A DNA stretch of 34,590 bases from a bacterium (GCA_049472355.1 JBLIRP010000037.1:1-34590); one strand, 5' to 3'; shown: positions 1-9,972, counted from the first letter of the stretch. A program made the numbers and translations. Notes: generated by a model not told the origin, from the letters alone.

Positions 1-323
1 GTATCAATATCTATTATCCGCTGTACGACAAAAAGGGGAACGCAACACCCACCGGATTCGTCACCTGCACCACCTGCCACGAACCGCATCGATGGGACCC
101 GCAAAACAAGTACTATCCGGCAAAAACGAATATCGAGGGGGATCCGACGAACAGCTTTCTCAGGAACAAGGGGCCGGCCTTTTCCATTTGCCTTGACTGC
201 CATGGCCTTGACGCCCTCTTGAAATACAAGGGCTACCACCAGCCCGGGGAGTGGCAAACAAAATACTGGAGAGAGCAGGAAAGCGAACATTCAGGACACC
301 GGCAGCCCCTCGGTTTTCGTTGA
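1..323 (+). CDS. Multiheme c-type cytochrome, C-terminal fragment (5' end outside window; not in ORF track)
   Basis: Frame from nt 3 reads INIYYPLYDKKGNATPTGFVTCTTCHEPHRWDP...EGDPTNSFLRNKGPAFSICLDCHGLDALLKY...R and ends at TGA 321-323; two CXXCH motifs. Confidence 0.9.
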   Translation, partial: INIYYPLYDKKGNATPTGFVTCTTCHEPHRWDPQNKYYPAKTNIEGDPTNSFLRNKGPAFSICLDCHGLDALLKYKGYHQPGEWQTKYWREQESEHSGHRQPLGFR

Positions 324-359
324 GCTGAAGGGGGGCGATTGCAGCGGCGAGAAGGGCCT

Positions 360-1760
360 TCAGGTAAGATTGATATTCCCATTCGGCGGCCTGTTTTTCA
401 CGGGATTGGAAAGGATTCCGTATTTCTCGAGCTTGTCATAGAGGGTGCGCCGGCTTATCCTCAATATCTTGGCGGCCTTTGAACGGTTGAAATTAACCTG
501 TTCCAATACCCTTATGATATGCTCTTTCTCCGTCTTATCCATGATATCGGTCAGGGATTCGGGATTTTCAATGCCGGGTTCATGGTTGACATAACTGTGA
601 TCAAGGTAGATCTCCCTGGGTTTGATCATGGAACCCCGGGTGATGAGCACGGCCCGCTCTATGACATGCTCCAGTTCACGGATATTTCCCGGCCATCGGT
701 ACTCCATGAGGATAATCAGCGCCTCCCGGGTGATGCCCTTCAGTTTCTTTTTGTTCATAGTGGCATATCGTTCAATAAAATGATTGACCAGGACCGGAAT
801 ATCCTCCATCCTTTCGCGTAAGGGGGGGAGCACCAGGGGGATCGTTGCGATCCGGTAATAGAGGTCCTTCCTGAAGCTGCCCTGCGCGGCCGCCCTTTTC
901 AAATCCCTGTTGGTGGCGCAGATGATCCTTACATCCACCTTTTTTATCTGGTCGCTTCCCACCGGTTTGAGTTCCTTTTCCTGGATAACCCTGAGCAGCT
1001 TGCTCTGGGTTGACAGGGGGGTGTCCCCCACCTCGTCCAGGAATACGGTGCCGCCGTGCGCTGTCTCAAAGACGCCCGGGCGCGCATAGGTGGCGCCGGT
1101 GAAGGCCCCCTTGACGTGACCGAACAGCTCGCTTTCCAGGAGGGTTTCCGTCAGGGAACCGCAATCGATGGGGAAGAAGGGCTTGTCACGTCTGGAGCTG
1201 CTGTAATGGATGGCCCGGGCAAGCATCTCCTTTCCGGTGCCGCTTTCCCCCTCGATGAGGATATTGGCGGAGCTGTCCGCAACCTGCTCCACAAAATCGA
1301 AGAGGCGCTGCATCTTTTTGGATTTGCCGATGATATTGTGGAATTGATACCGCTCCTGGACCTCTTTCCTCAGGTGGTCCAATTCCCGGTAGAGTGCCCC
1401 GTAGTCAAGGGCCTTGCGGATAATGACCCTGATCTGTTTCAGGTCGAACGGCTTTGTGATGAAGTCATGGGCCCCCCTCTTCATGGCCTCCACCGCCTGC
1501 TCCACGGTGCTTGCGCCGCTGATCATGATAAAGGGTATGGAGGGATATTTGCCCCGTATTCGTTCCATCAATTCCAGCCCATCCATCTCGGGCATGACAA
1601 GATCGGAAAACACCAGATCAAAGACCTGATCATCCATAATGTTCAAGGCATGTGTGCCGTCCTCTGCCACGGCCACCTCATATCCCTCCTCGGTAAGCGT
1701 GGATGAGATAAGACGCAAAAAATTCGGCTCATTATCGACGATCAGGATACGTTCGGTCAA
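360..1760 (-). CDS. Sigma-54-dependent response regulator (NtrC/AtoC family: REC-AAA+-Fis HTH)
   Basis: Receiver domain (ILIVDNE, DLVMPEMDG), Walker A GESGTGKE, GAFTGA loop, FLDEVG, WPGNIREL, C-terminal NRSKAAKILRISRRTLYDKL helix-turn-helix; TTG start. Confidence 0.97.
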   Translation of the reverse strand: MTERILIVDNEPNFLRLISSTLTEEGYEVAVAEDGTHALNIMDDQVFDLVFSDLVMPEMDGLELMERIRGKYPSIPFIMISGASTVEQAVEAMKRGAHDFITKPFDLKQIRVIIRKALDYGALYRELDHLRKEVQERYQFHNIIGKSKKMQRLFDFVEQVADSSANILIEGESGTGKEMLARAIHYSSSRRDKPFFPIDCGSLTETLLESELFGHVKGAFTGATYARPGVFETAHGGTVFLDEVGDTPLSTQSKLLRVIQEKELKPVGSDQIKKVDVRIICATNRDLKRAAAQGSFRKDLYYRIATIPLVLPPLRERMEDIPVLVNHFIERYATMNKKKLKGITREALIILMEYRWPGNIRELEHVIERAVLITRGSMIKPREIYLDHSYVNHEPGIENPESLTDIMDKTEKEHIIRVLEQVNFNRSKAAKILRISRRTLYDKLEKYGILSNPVKNRPPNGNINLT

Positions 1761-1766
1761 AACCCT

Positions 1767-2855
1767 TTACTCCTCTTGTTTCGGTTTTTCCACCCCTGTC
1801 AAGGGCAGATGAATGATCATGCTCGTTCCCTTTCCTATTTCGCTCTGAGCATGAATCGTGCCTCCGTGGGCCTCGATGATCCTCCGGGAAAGCGAGAGCC
1901 CCAGCCCGGTCCCCTCATCCGCCTTCGTGGAGAAGAAGGGATCGAATATCCTGTTGAGGTTCCCCGGGTGGATACCTGATCCCTCGTCCTGGATGATCAA
2001 TTCGAGCATCCTTCTGAGCGCCCGCCCCTTTGCGCTCAACCGGATATGGAGCCTCCCCCCCTTCGGCATGGCATGAACCGCATTTAACACGATATTGACA
2101 AGTACCTGCTGAAATTGATAGATATCCACCTTCACATAGATGGTTTCCTCACCCATATCCTCCACCACCTGGATATTATGTTCCTTCAGTTTGTAGTCGA
2201 ATAACTGAATCACGGAGTGCACCACATCGGCAATATTGCATATGCTCTTCTGGAGACGTCCCGGCCGCACGAAATTGAGGAGGTCACGAATAATGCGATT
2301 GCAGCGAAGGCACTCCTGTTCGACGATCTTCAGCTCCTCGAAAACCCCGTGGCCCGAACCAATCTTGTCAAGGATCCGCTGGACGAAACCGGTGATGATA
2401 CCCAGCGGATTACTGATTTCATGGCACAAACTCGCGGCGATCTCTCCCATGCAGGCAAGTTTTTCCGAATGGATCAATTGCCGCTCAATTTTTTTGTTTT
2501 CCGTCAGGTCCTTGATGATCTCCAGCACCTGAACAACCCGGTTATCCCTATCTTTGATCGGGGCAAAGGTAATCTCCTCATACCGTTCAACACCGTCCCA
2601 AAAGGTATGTGAATGGCTGATCGTCTTTTCCGAGCCATCCTTGAAAACCGTCTTGAGGGGGCAGTTGTTGATGCACGAGGCGGTCCGGTTCTGGGACAGC
2701 TCATAGCAGAATTTTCCGACCACCTCATCGATTCCCATATTGACCATCGTTGCAAATTTATTGTTGGCGAAGACGATGCGATACTCACTGTCCACAACCA
2801 TGATGATATCCTGCAGGTTGTCGAGTATCTTCTGAAAATTCTCCACGGTGTGCAT
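1767..2855 (-). CDS. Cytoplasmic PAS-domain sensor histidine kinase (NtrB-like)
   Basis: N-terminal PAS; H-box CHEISNPL, N-box NIVLNA, DEGSG, FDPFFSTK, GTGLGL; no transmembrane segment; adjacent to the response regulator. Confidence 0.95.
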   Translation of the reverse strand: MHTVENFQKILDNLQDIIMVVDSEYRIVFANNKFATMVNMGIDEVVGKFCYELSQNRTASCINNCPLKTVFKDGSEKTISHSHTFWDGVERYEEITFAPIKDRDNRVVQVLEIIKDLTENKKIERQLIHSEKLACMGEIAASLCHEISNPLGIITGFVQRILDKIGSGHGVFEELKIVEQECLRCNRIIRDLLNFVRPGRLQKSICNIADVVHSVIQLFDYKLKEHNIQVVEDMGEETIYVKVDIYQFQQVLVNIVLNAVHAMPKGGRLHIRLSAKGRALRRMLELIIQDEGSGIHPGNLNRIFDPFFSTKADEGTGLGLSLSRRIIEAHGGTIHAQSEIGKGTSMIIHLPLTGVEKPKQEE

Positions 2856-2873
2856 GTACTCGCGATCCCTTCC

Positions 2874-4436
2874 CTATTGATGTTCCGCGTTGTACGATTC
2901 CATTACCTTGCTTCGATCTATGTGGCAGAGTGAACACAGAAGGTCCCTTTCCTCGAGACGAAGCTTTGTGCCCTTGCGGCCGTCATGGGGATCATGGCAG
3001 GTAAAGCAGGCTACCTGGCCGCTGGTGGTCAGAGGGATGATTTGTGAGGTCTCTGCCTTTGACAACCTGATCCTTTTTTCAACGGGTATATGCCTCCAGA
3101 ATCTTTTGATGAATCTGCCGTTGTGATCAATCCCGTACGGGTGTTTCTTCTCCTTGTTCGGGTGGCACCCTATGCAGTAGAACCTCAGTGAGGCCCGATA
3201 CCCGAAGGGCTGCCGATCCTCTCCCATAGGGGCGAAATCCTCCTCAGCCGGCCTATTCCCCTTGCGCTGGTTTGCCCTCGGCTCCACCCTTCCGTAATGC
3301 CTGAAGTGACACTGCCGGCAGCTCTTGTTCACGTCGGAGATCCTCAACTTCGGGCCGGGCCTGCTGTCGTGGGGATTGTGACACGAGGTGCACATCACCT
3401 GACCGGAGAGGCTCACCGGGGTGATTTTGAAGGATTGATCATGGGATATGCTCACCCGTTGTTCTTCGGACAGCCCTGCCCAAACGGACTCTATATAGCG
3501 GCCGGCATGGTGTGCGCCGAACGGGTGCCTGCGCACCTCCACCGGATGACACCCTATGCAGTACAAGCGGAAGGGCGCCTTGAACTTGAATCCGAATCGC
3601 TTCTCTCCCTTTTCATCCGTTTCTATGGCATGGCAGTAGAGGCAGCGCTCCTCACGGATGTCCCCGTCCTCGGCGATCTGGTCGTGGGGATTCGTCTTTG
3701 CGTAGTCGTCCTTTACGTGACATACCAGACATACCTCAATCCTGTTTCTATAGGGCCCGCCCCTTAAAAACAAGGGATTCTCCTTCTCACCCTGGCAGCG
3801 TATCCGGTGGCAGGTGACACAGGTGACCTTGCCGTCGGTCAGGGGAAAATCATCGGGGATGTGTATCCTTCTCTCCTTGGAAGGGACCACGTCCACCGGA
3901 TGATTATCCGCGCGCGCCCGTTTGTTGTCATGGCATTCCTTGCATATCCTGACTGTATCCCGACCGTACTTGAGGTATAGAGGCCCCTCCTTCCCCCTGG
4001 GCTCCTTTACGTGGCAGAGAAAGCAAAACACGCCTGTCTTGTGGGGATCAACCATCTCCGCCCGCTTCTTGAATGCCTCGTAATCCCGTCTGAGCCTGAA
4101 CGGCATGTCCGCTTCGGCCTCGCCCTCGCGGATCCAATGACAGCTTGTACAGGTGACCCGGCCGAGGGAAAGGGGCAACGGGAAATCGGGCATCTGGGCC
4201 CTCAATATGTCAAAAATCTTCGGCATCACCATAAGACGACAGCTCTGGGGGACCCGGGGATGACATTCGAAACAGCCCTCGTCATAATCCTTGACGAAGG
4301 CATGGGGATCCGATGTCTCCTCGGCATGCACCATTCGTTCCTGTAAAGGCCAGGCCATCAGCAATACCGCAATGATGGACACCAGGGCTACTCCCCTGCC
4401 GGGGACGTTGTATCCAGAATATGACAATACAGGCAC
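2874..4436 (-). CDS. 13-heme c-type cytochrome, exported
   Basis: 13 CXXCH motifs counted; signal-peptide-like N-terminus ending VHA; AAGGAGG 4 nt before the GTG at 4436; C-terminal 3-heme module occurs twice (YCIGCHP..HP.G..H.GR.I...SGQV.C..CH.PHD...KLR). Confidence 0.92.
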   Translation of the reverse strand: MPVLSYSGYNVPGRGVALVSIIAVLLMAWPLQERMVHAEETSDPHAFVKDYDEGCFECHPRVPQSCRLMVMPKIFDILRAQMPDFPLPLSLGRVTCTSCHWIREGEAEADMPFRLRRDYEAFKKRAEMVDPHKTGVFCFLCHVKEPRGKEGPLYLKYGRDTVRICKECHDNKRARADNHPVDVVPSKERRIHIPDDFPLTDGKVTCVTCHRIRCQGEKENPLFLRGGPYRNRIEVCLVCHVKDDYAKTNPHDQIAEDGDIREERCLYCHAIETDEKGEKRFGFKFKAPFRLYCIGCHPVEVRRHPFGAHHAGRYIESVWAGLSEEQRVSISHDQSFKITPVSLSGQVMCTSCHNPHDSRPGPKLRISDVNKSCRQCHFRHYGRVEPRANQRKGNRPAEEDFAPMGEDRQPFGYRASLRFYCIGCHPNKEKKHPYGIDHNGRFIKRFWRHIPVEKRIRLSKAETSQIIPLTTSGQVACFTCHDPHDGRKGTKLRLEERDLLCSLCHIDRSKVMESYNAEHQ

Positions 4437-5248
4437 CGATCCTCCTTAAGCTCGCCGTGTTCATCAATCTGCTCATGGGGATTGACGGCCCGATACCCCT
4501 CCCTTTTATGGCAGTTAAGGCATGCATCCACTCGTTTTTCATAGGGCCCGCCCCTCAGGAATTTCGGGTTTGTCTCCCCCCCCTGGCATCGTATGTCATG
4601 GCACGTCACACAGGTCACCTTCCCCTCGTGCAGGGGGAATCTCTCATCCAGTTGTATTCCCTTTCCTTGAGACGGGGATATGTTAACGGGGTGGTTGTCC
4701 GCTCGAGCCCGCTCGTTGTTGTGACAATGGGTGCAGACAGTCACCCTGTCGCCGTCGTATTTCAGGTCAAGGGGACCATCCTCCTCACGGGGTTCGCTGT
4801 CGTGGCAGAAGATGCAGAAGATCCCCGCTCTGTGGGGGTTGATCCGTTCCGCCTGTTTCAAAAAAATGGAATATACCCTTTTTATCCTTTTTCCGTGCAC
4901 CATATGGCAGCTCTCGCAGGTCAGTCGTCCATTGCGCGTTGTGAGCACCAGACTGGGGATCTGTTCATGAAGGATTCCGGTCACTTCGGGGGTGACGGCC
5001 TTTTCACAACTGAGCGGTATCCCCTTGTGGCACGCAGCACAGATTTGGGTCACGCCCTCCGGTGCGATTGCGGGTCCTTCAGCCGCATGAGGATCACCCG
5101 GATGACATCCCGCACACGTTCGGCCATATTCCTGAATGTCGATCGAATGGGGATTCGTGATTTCAGCCATGCCCCTTTTATTGATCAGCACCACTACGAT
5201 CACCAGGAGACCGAGGCAAAGGGCATGCGCCTTACTCATCCATGCCAT
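4388..5248 (-). CDS. 8-heme c-type cytochrome, paralog of the N-terminal part of 2874-4436
   Basis: 8 CXXCH motifs; hydrophobic N-terminus; shares RARADNHPV, GKVTCVTCH.IRCQG, FLRGGPY and NPH.QI...RCLYCH with the downstream gene. Confidence 0.9.
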   Translation of the reverse strand: MAWMSKAHALCLGLLVIVVVLINKRGMAEITNPHSIDIQEYGRTCAGCHPGDPHAAEGPAIAPEGVTQICAACHKGIPLSCEKAVTPEVTGILHEQIPSLVLTTRNGRLTCESCHMVHGKRIKRVYSIFLKQAERINPHRAGIFCIFCHDSEPREEDGPLDLKYDGDRVTVCTHCHNNERARADNHPVNISPSQGKGIQLDERFPLHEGKVTCVTCHDIRCQGGETNPKFLRGGPYEKRVDACLNCHKREGYRAVNPHEQIDEHGELKEDRCLYCHILDTTSPAGE

Positions 5249-5259
5249 GTCCGTCCAAT

Positions 5260-6696
5260 CTAATCCCTTCCGAATCCGTCAAGTGCGATCCCCCATGGGC
5301 TGCTGCCCACCCTGATCGTATTCACGATCCGCTGACTTCCCAAATCAATGACCGATACCGTTCCGTCACCCCGGTTCACCACATAGAGGAGCCTCCTGGC
5401 GTCATCCAACGCCATGGCATTGGGGGATTCCCCCACGGGGATGCACCCCTCCTTCATATTCATCGATTCGATCAGGACGCACACATCGTTGGAGAGGGAG
5501 TCGGCAACATAGATCCTTCCCCGTTTGTGGTCCAAGACCACATCAATGGGGCCGCCGTTGGTGGGAAGTGCATGTATCACCCTCTTAAGATGTGCGTCCA
5601 CCACCTGGAGCACGTCGGATCCCCTGCAGGCGACATAGATCCCGTCCCCGTCGGGGCTCGAAGCGAGCCCTACCGGCCCGGGCCTCATGGTGACCGTTGC
5701 GGTGATCCGTCGCACGGTGAGGTCTATGAACGTAAGGGTATCCGAACGGGTATTGGTCACATATGCCCAGTCCCCCCAGGGACTCACGGCCACCCTGGAG
5801 GGGGAGAGCCCGACCGGGATATGTTCGATGACCCTCCGGGAATCCGGATCGATCACACTCACATTGTCGGAGCCCTTGTTGGTGGTGATCAATAATCCCC
5901 CGTCAGGGGTCATGGCCATGCCCTCGGGCGCGACACCGAGCCCCAGGAATATGGTGTCGATGATCTCCGAGGTCAGGGTATCCAGCACGGAAATGGAATC
6001 GGAACCCGAATTTGCAATATATACCCGTGTCCCATCGGGATGGATGACGATCCCGCGGGGTTTGCCACCCACGGATATCACCCCCAGCGTTGCCCCGGAA
6101 AAACGATCGAGGATCACGACACTGTTTCCGGCTTCGTCGGTGACATATGCCTTGAGCCCTCTCAGGCCAAGAAGCTCCCTTCCCTTTTTGACCGAGGAGT
6201 GAAGGGCCAGACCCCTTTCCTCCCCATCCCCCTCAACCGTGCATGCGATGCTCACAGGCAGGCTCTTTCGTTCCCATGGGCCGATATCCATATCTATGTC
6301 GAAGCCGATGTGATTGTTCGCGAGCTGCAACGGCACCAGACTTCCATTCATGAAAAGAAAGACCTCTCCGATGGCAAGAGTCAATCCGGTGTACCGATCA
6401 GGGGGCACGGAGAAATCGCCGAGCAGGACCTGATGGGAGGACCCGGTGATCATGAATTGCTCCCTCATGGGAACGGTGATATCCCCTTTGTTCTGCCCGC
6501 CGGTCAACGTTATGCCCTCAACGGTTATGGAGACCTCTTCCCCGCCCGTCGAAATCATGTCGAGGAGGATGGAGATTCGGCCTTCCAGTCCGTTCCGCGT
6601 GGATGTGCGAAGGGCGCATCCCTGACACACCAGCAGACACACGAAACATATAAGTTGTGCCCGAGTGCCCCACAAGGGGCCTTTTTTGGATTTCAT
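5260..6696 (-). CDS. YVTN-repeat beta-propeller lipoprotein
   Basis: Probable start MKSKKG (6696); lipobox LVCQG-C; about seven repeats of the type YVTN/YIAN..SDSISVID.....I.VG..P.G; extra N-terminal beta domain. Confidence 0.9.
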   Translation of the reverse strand: MKSKKGPLWGTRAQLICFVCLLVCQGCALRTSTRNGLEGRISILLDMISTGGEEVSITVEGITLTGGQNKGDITVPMREQFMITGSSHQVLLGDFSVPPDRYTGLTLAIGEVFLFMNGSLVPLQLANNHIGFDIDMDIGPWERKSLPVSIACTVEGDGEERGLALHSSVKKGRELLGLRGLKAYVTDEAGNSVVILDRFSGATLGVISVGGKPRGIVIHPDGTRVYIANSGSDSISVLDTLTSEIIDTIFLGLGVAPEGMAMTPDGGLLITTNKGSDNVSVIDPDSRRVIEHIPVGLSPSRVAVSPWGDWAYVTNTRSDTLTFIDLTVRRITATVTMRPGPVGLASSPDGDGIYVACRGSDVLQVVDAHLKRVIHALPTNGGPIDVVLDHKRGRIYVADSLSNDVCVLIESMNMKEGCIPVGESPNAMALDDARRLLYVVNRGDGTVSVIDLGSQRIVNTIRVGSSPWGIALDGFGRD

Positions 6697-6734
6697 GGAT
6701 ATATTCCCCTTATTCCGTCGTTGCACACGTGCCT

Positions 6735-7988
6735 CTAATATTTGTGGCATTGATTGCACAGCTCCTTTGATCCTTCAAGACGCATGATCTGGGGGAATTC
6801 CGCCTCCATGGGATTATGGCAGGTGATGCAGTCGATCGGGGTCATGGACCTCGGGTCCACGGCCTTGTCACCAACCGGATGGCATGCCACCTGCTGACGT
6901 TTGTGACATGCGGTGCAGACTGCCAGTGGCGCGTCGCGCAGGAATTTTTTCTCGTTTGATGCGTGCGCGTCGTGACACGTGGAGCAGTTGCCCGCAAGGA
7001 CCTCCGGATGACGGCGCAACCCCTTCCGGACCTTGCTGAGCCGCTCTCCCATCTCCTGGTGGCAGGCGATGCACAGGTCCTTGTCCCTTCTTCGCACCAG
7101 GTTCTTTCGCTCCGCACCGTGGGGATTGTGGCAGAAGATGCACTCCCCTTGACCCGAAACAATGTGGCTCCTTTTCTTTGCCTTGAATCGCTCCCGGGCA
7201 TCCTTGTGACATGCAAAACACGCCTTTGCATCACCCGCGGCAGGTTTGATACGGCCGGATGAGATCGGATGACATGCCTTGCAATCCCTTTTTTCAAACG
7301 GATCGTGGAGGTAATTCAGCACCAGCCTCCTCCCTCCGGAGGAATGGGGGTTGTGACACAACAGGCAATCCACCGCGGCGATTTGCATGCCCGGATGTGC
7401 GGAAATCAACCCTGTATTGACCGGATGACACCCAAGACAGAGTTTCGGCGAGGATTGATGAAGCAGAAAGGGGGTGGAGGCGCTGTGCGCCTTATGGCAG
7501 ATGGCGCAGTTACCCTCCTCAACCGGCTTGTGGATGTGCTTCCTTTGAAAGGGTTCCCTGTCATGGCATTGATGGCATACCTCTCGCCCCTTTGATCTCA
7601 AGAGATCGGCATACGGAGATACATGGGGTTCGTGGCATTTCAGGCATTCCCCTTGTTCAAACGGAACATGCACCACCTTTTCATCGGCCCGGGATCTGCT
7701 CGAGGGATGGCATCCGTAACAGAGCTCGGCCCCGTCCACAAGAAGGAGGAATTCGTTGTCAGCCACATGGGGGCTGTGGCAGGAGATGCACTCCCTGGAT
7801 GCACATGGTTTGTGGGGGATCCCCTTTCCCAGTTCCTCTTTCAGCCCGGGGTGACAATCAAGGCATACCTCCCCCATATTGCCCTTGACCGCCGTTCTCC
7901 CTTGGACAACGGGAAATGGCACCAGCGATGCGGAAACCATGAGCAGCACGAATAATAATACGGATATGGATGATGCTCTCTTATTCAT
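6735..7988 (-). CDS. 16-heme periplasmic c-type cytochrome
   Basis: 16 CXXCH motifs in paired H.P...CxxCH.PH.S...L....CxxCH repeats. Start moved to MNKRASS (7988), which overlaps the upstream stop and begins a signal peptide. Confidence 0.93.
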   Translation of the reverse strand: MNKRASSISVLLFVLLMVSASLVPFPVVQGRTAVKGNMGEVCLDCHPGLKEELGKGIPHKPCASRECISCHSPHVADNEFLLLVDGAELCYGCHPSSRSRADEKVVHVPFEQGECLKCHEPHVSPYADLLRSKGREVCHQCHDREPFQRKHIHKPVEEGNCAICHKAHSASTPFLLHQSSPKLCLGCHPVNTGLISAHPGMQIAAVDCLLCHNPHSSGGRRLVLNYLHDPFEKRDCKACHPISSGRIKPAAGDAKACFACHKDARERFKAKKRSHIVSGQGECIFCHNPHGAERKNLVRRRDKDLCIACHQEMGERLSKVRKGLRRHPEVLAGNCSTCHDAHASNEKKFLRDAPLAVCTACHKRQQVACHPVGDKAVDPRSMTPIDCITCHNPMEAEFPQIMRLEGSKELCNQCHKY

Positions 7989-9972
7989 GGCACACCTGAC
8001 ACTCTTTCTGCATGAACGGGCTGTGGGTAACGGGCAGATAGAGCCCCTTTTCCGTGCTCGCATGGGACTCATGACACACGAGGCAATTACTTTGTGTTGC
8101 CGGTATATCGAGGTGGGCGTCCTGGAACGCAGGGTTGTTCAGATCATGACAGGGTATGCACAGCTCCTTGCCCTGGGCCAGGAGCAGCCCTTGATATCCG
8201 GATGCGTGCCCGGTATGACATTGCAGGCATTCTCCCTCATGTACGGGGGAATGAACCACGATATCCTCCTGACCGATCTCTTCCCTCATTGCTTCATGGC
8301 AGAAAAGACACAGGGTTCCCGCTCTGCCCTTCAGGTAATGGGGGATCTTGCTCCCGTGTGCATTATGGCACGATATGCATTTTTTGTCCCTCATGGGTCT
8401 ATGCACCACCGGTGACCCCTGTATCTGTTTCTGCGTCTCCCCGTGGCACCCGTTGGCAAGACAGACCTGGGCCTCGGGCATGAGGAGCGCGCTGTAATAG
8501 TCACTTGAGTGGGCGTCATGACAGGTGAGGCAGGCGCCCTTTTGACTCACAGGGTGGAGATACCCCTCCCTTTTTCCCTCCAGAAGGCCCTGATGACACT
8601 CGAAGCAAAGCCGGTGAGCAGGGGTAATGAGGAGGTTGTCCTGGCCCGATACATGGGGTTCATGACACCCCTTGCACCTTCCCTCCGCCAGGGGGGTATG
8701 AACATGCACGGCGGAGACCCCTGTCTTTTCCTTGTCATGGCATGTATAGCACAGCTCCGCCCTCGGCCTTAATGCCTGGCCGGGAAAGTCCGTGGCGTGC
8801 GCGTCATGGCAAACGAGGCATTCCCCTTTTGCCACGGGCTCATGGACACAGGGTCCCTGGAAATCGGCCCGGGCATGGCATGACCTGCAAAGGTCCGCAC
8901 CGGTTTTCTTGAGCTGGTGCGCTGCATCCGCGCCGTGAGGGGTATGGCACCCACTGCATCCCTCTTTGGTCATTGCCGTGTGGAGGGAACCCTTCCTGTG
9001 CCCCTCTTCGGCAGCCCGATGGCATCCATAACAGAGCCTCTCCTCCTGTTCATTCAAAAGCGCCGGATGGTTCGATGTATGGGGATCATGACAGGCGAGA
9101 CATTCCCCGTTCATCATGGGGGTATGGATAAAGGGCCTCTTCACCTCCTGTTCGATGGCCGGATGACATTGAAAACATAGTCTATTATCCATTTTTGCGC
9201 CTTCAGGCAGGGCATCTACGGAGGGATCGTGATGACAGTCCGTGCAGGCGCCTTCCATAACGGGTTTGTGCACGATGTCCTTTAATATCCCTTTATTGTT
9301 CGAGGAATGGGGGTCGTGGCACAACAGGCATTGATCACCCCTCAGGGCACGGCCCCCGTGCGCATCGGCAAGTTGTTTGGTGAGGGGATGGCAATTCACG
9401 CAGATCTCCCCGGATGATTTCACCAGGTGTTGTGAATGCTCCGAGGCATGGGGCGCGTGGCAGGCCCGGCACCCCTTTTCCTCCAATGGATTATGCACAA
9501 TCGCCCGTTGAAATCGCCCCCTGTCATGACAGGCATAACACAGATCACTTCCCGGGTCCTTTAACAGAATGGTGTGATCCGAGGAGTGGGGGTCATGGCA
9601 GGGTGAGCATTTTCCTCCCTTGAACACGGGGTGTTGATGAGACTTCCCGGAATCTCCTTCCACGTCATGGTGACAGGTGTAACACACCCTGGCCTCGATC
9701 CCCTCCCAGAGGTGGAAGACACCCACCGTTCCGTGCGGTTCATGGCATGCCTTGCAGTCCTTCTCCCTGATCGGCGCATGCACCGTTTTCCGGGTCAGGT
9801 AGGAGGCAAGCTCCTTCTCGTGGCAACTGTCGCACGTGCGGCCGGCAAAGCGGCTTTCCCTTCCCGCTCTCCGTTTCGGCCCGCAGGAGCACACCATGGT
9901 AAGAAGCAGTAGCATCATACACCATGCATACGTTATTGTGCGCAGGTGTCTTTTACAACCGCTGCGTATCAT
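7981..9972 (-). CDS. 26-heme c-type cytochrome, probable lipoprotein
   Basis: 25 CXXCH plus one CX4CH (CLANGCH); lipobox-like MVCS-C; ATGA overlap with the upstream gene. Confidence 0.95.
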   Translation of the reverse strand: MIRSGCKRHLRTITYAWCMMLLLLTMVCSCGPKRRAGRESRFAGRTCDSCHEKELASYLTRKTVHAPIREKDCKACHEPHGTVGVFHLWEGIEARVCYTCHHDVEGDSGKSHQHPVFKGGKCSPCHDPHSSDHTILLKDPGSDLCYACHDRGRFQRAIVHNPLEEKGCRACHAPHASEHSQHLVKSSGEICVNCHPLTKQLADAHGGRALRGDQCLLCHDPHSSNNKGILKDIVHKPVMEGACTDCHHDPSVDALPEGAKMDNRLCFQCHPAIEQEVKRPFIHTPMMNGECLACHDPHTSNHPALLNEQEERLCYGCHRAAEEGHRKGSLHTAMTKEGCSGCHTPHGADAAHQLKKTGADLCRSCHARADFQGPCVHEPVAKGECLVCHDAHATDFPGQALRPRAELCYTCHDKEKTGVSAVHVHTPLAEGRCKGCHEPHVSGQDNLLITPAHRLCFECHQGLLEGKREGYLHPVSQKGACLTCHDAHSSDYYSALLMPEAQVCLANGCHGETQKQIQGSPVVHRPMRDKKCISCHNAHGSKIPHYLKGRAGTLCLFCHEAMREEIGQEDIVVHSPVHEGECLQCHTGHASGYQGLLLAQGKELCIPCHDLNNPAFQDAHLDIPATQSNCLVCHESHASTEKGLYLPVTHSPFMQKECQVCHE

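Noticed and set aside
4388..4436. Possible frameshift joining the 8-heme and 13-heme genes into one protein
   Set aside because: The downstream ORF has its own RBS and signal peptide and repeats the same domains, so these are tandem paralogs.
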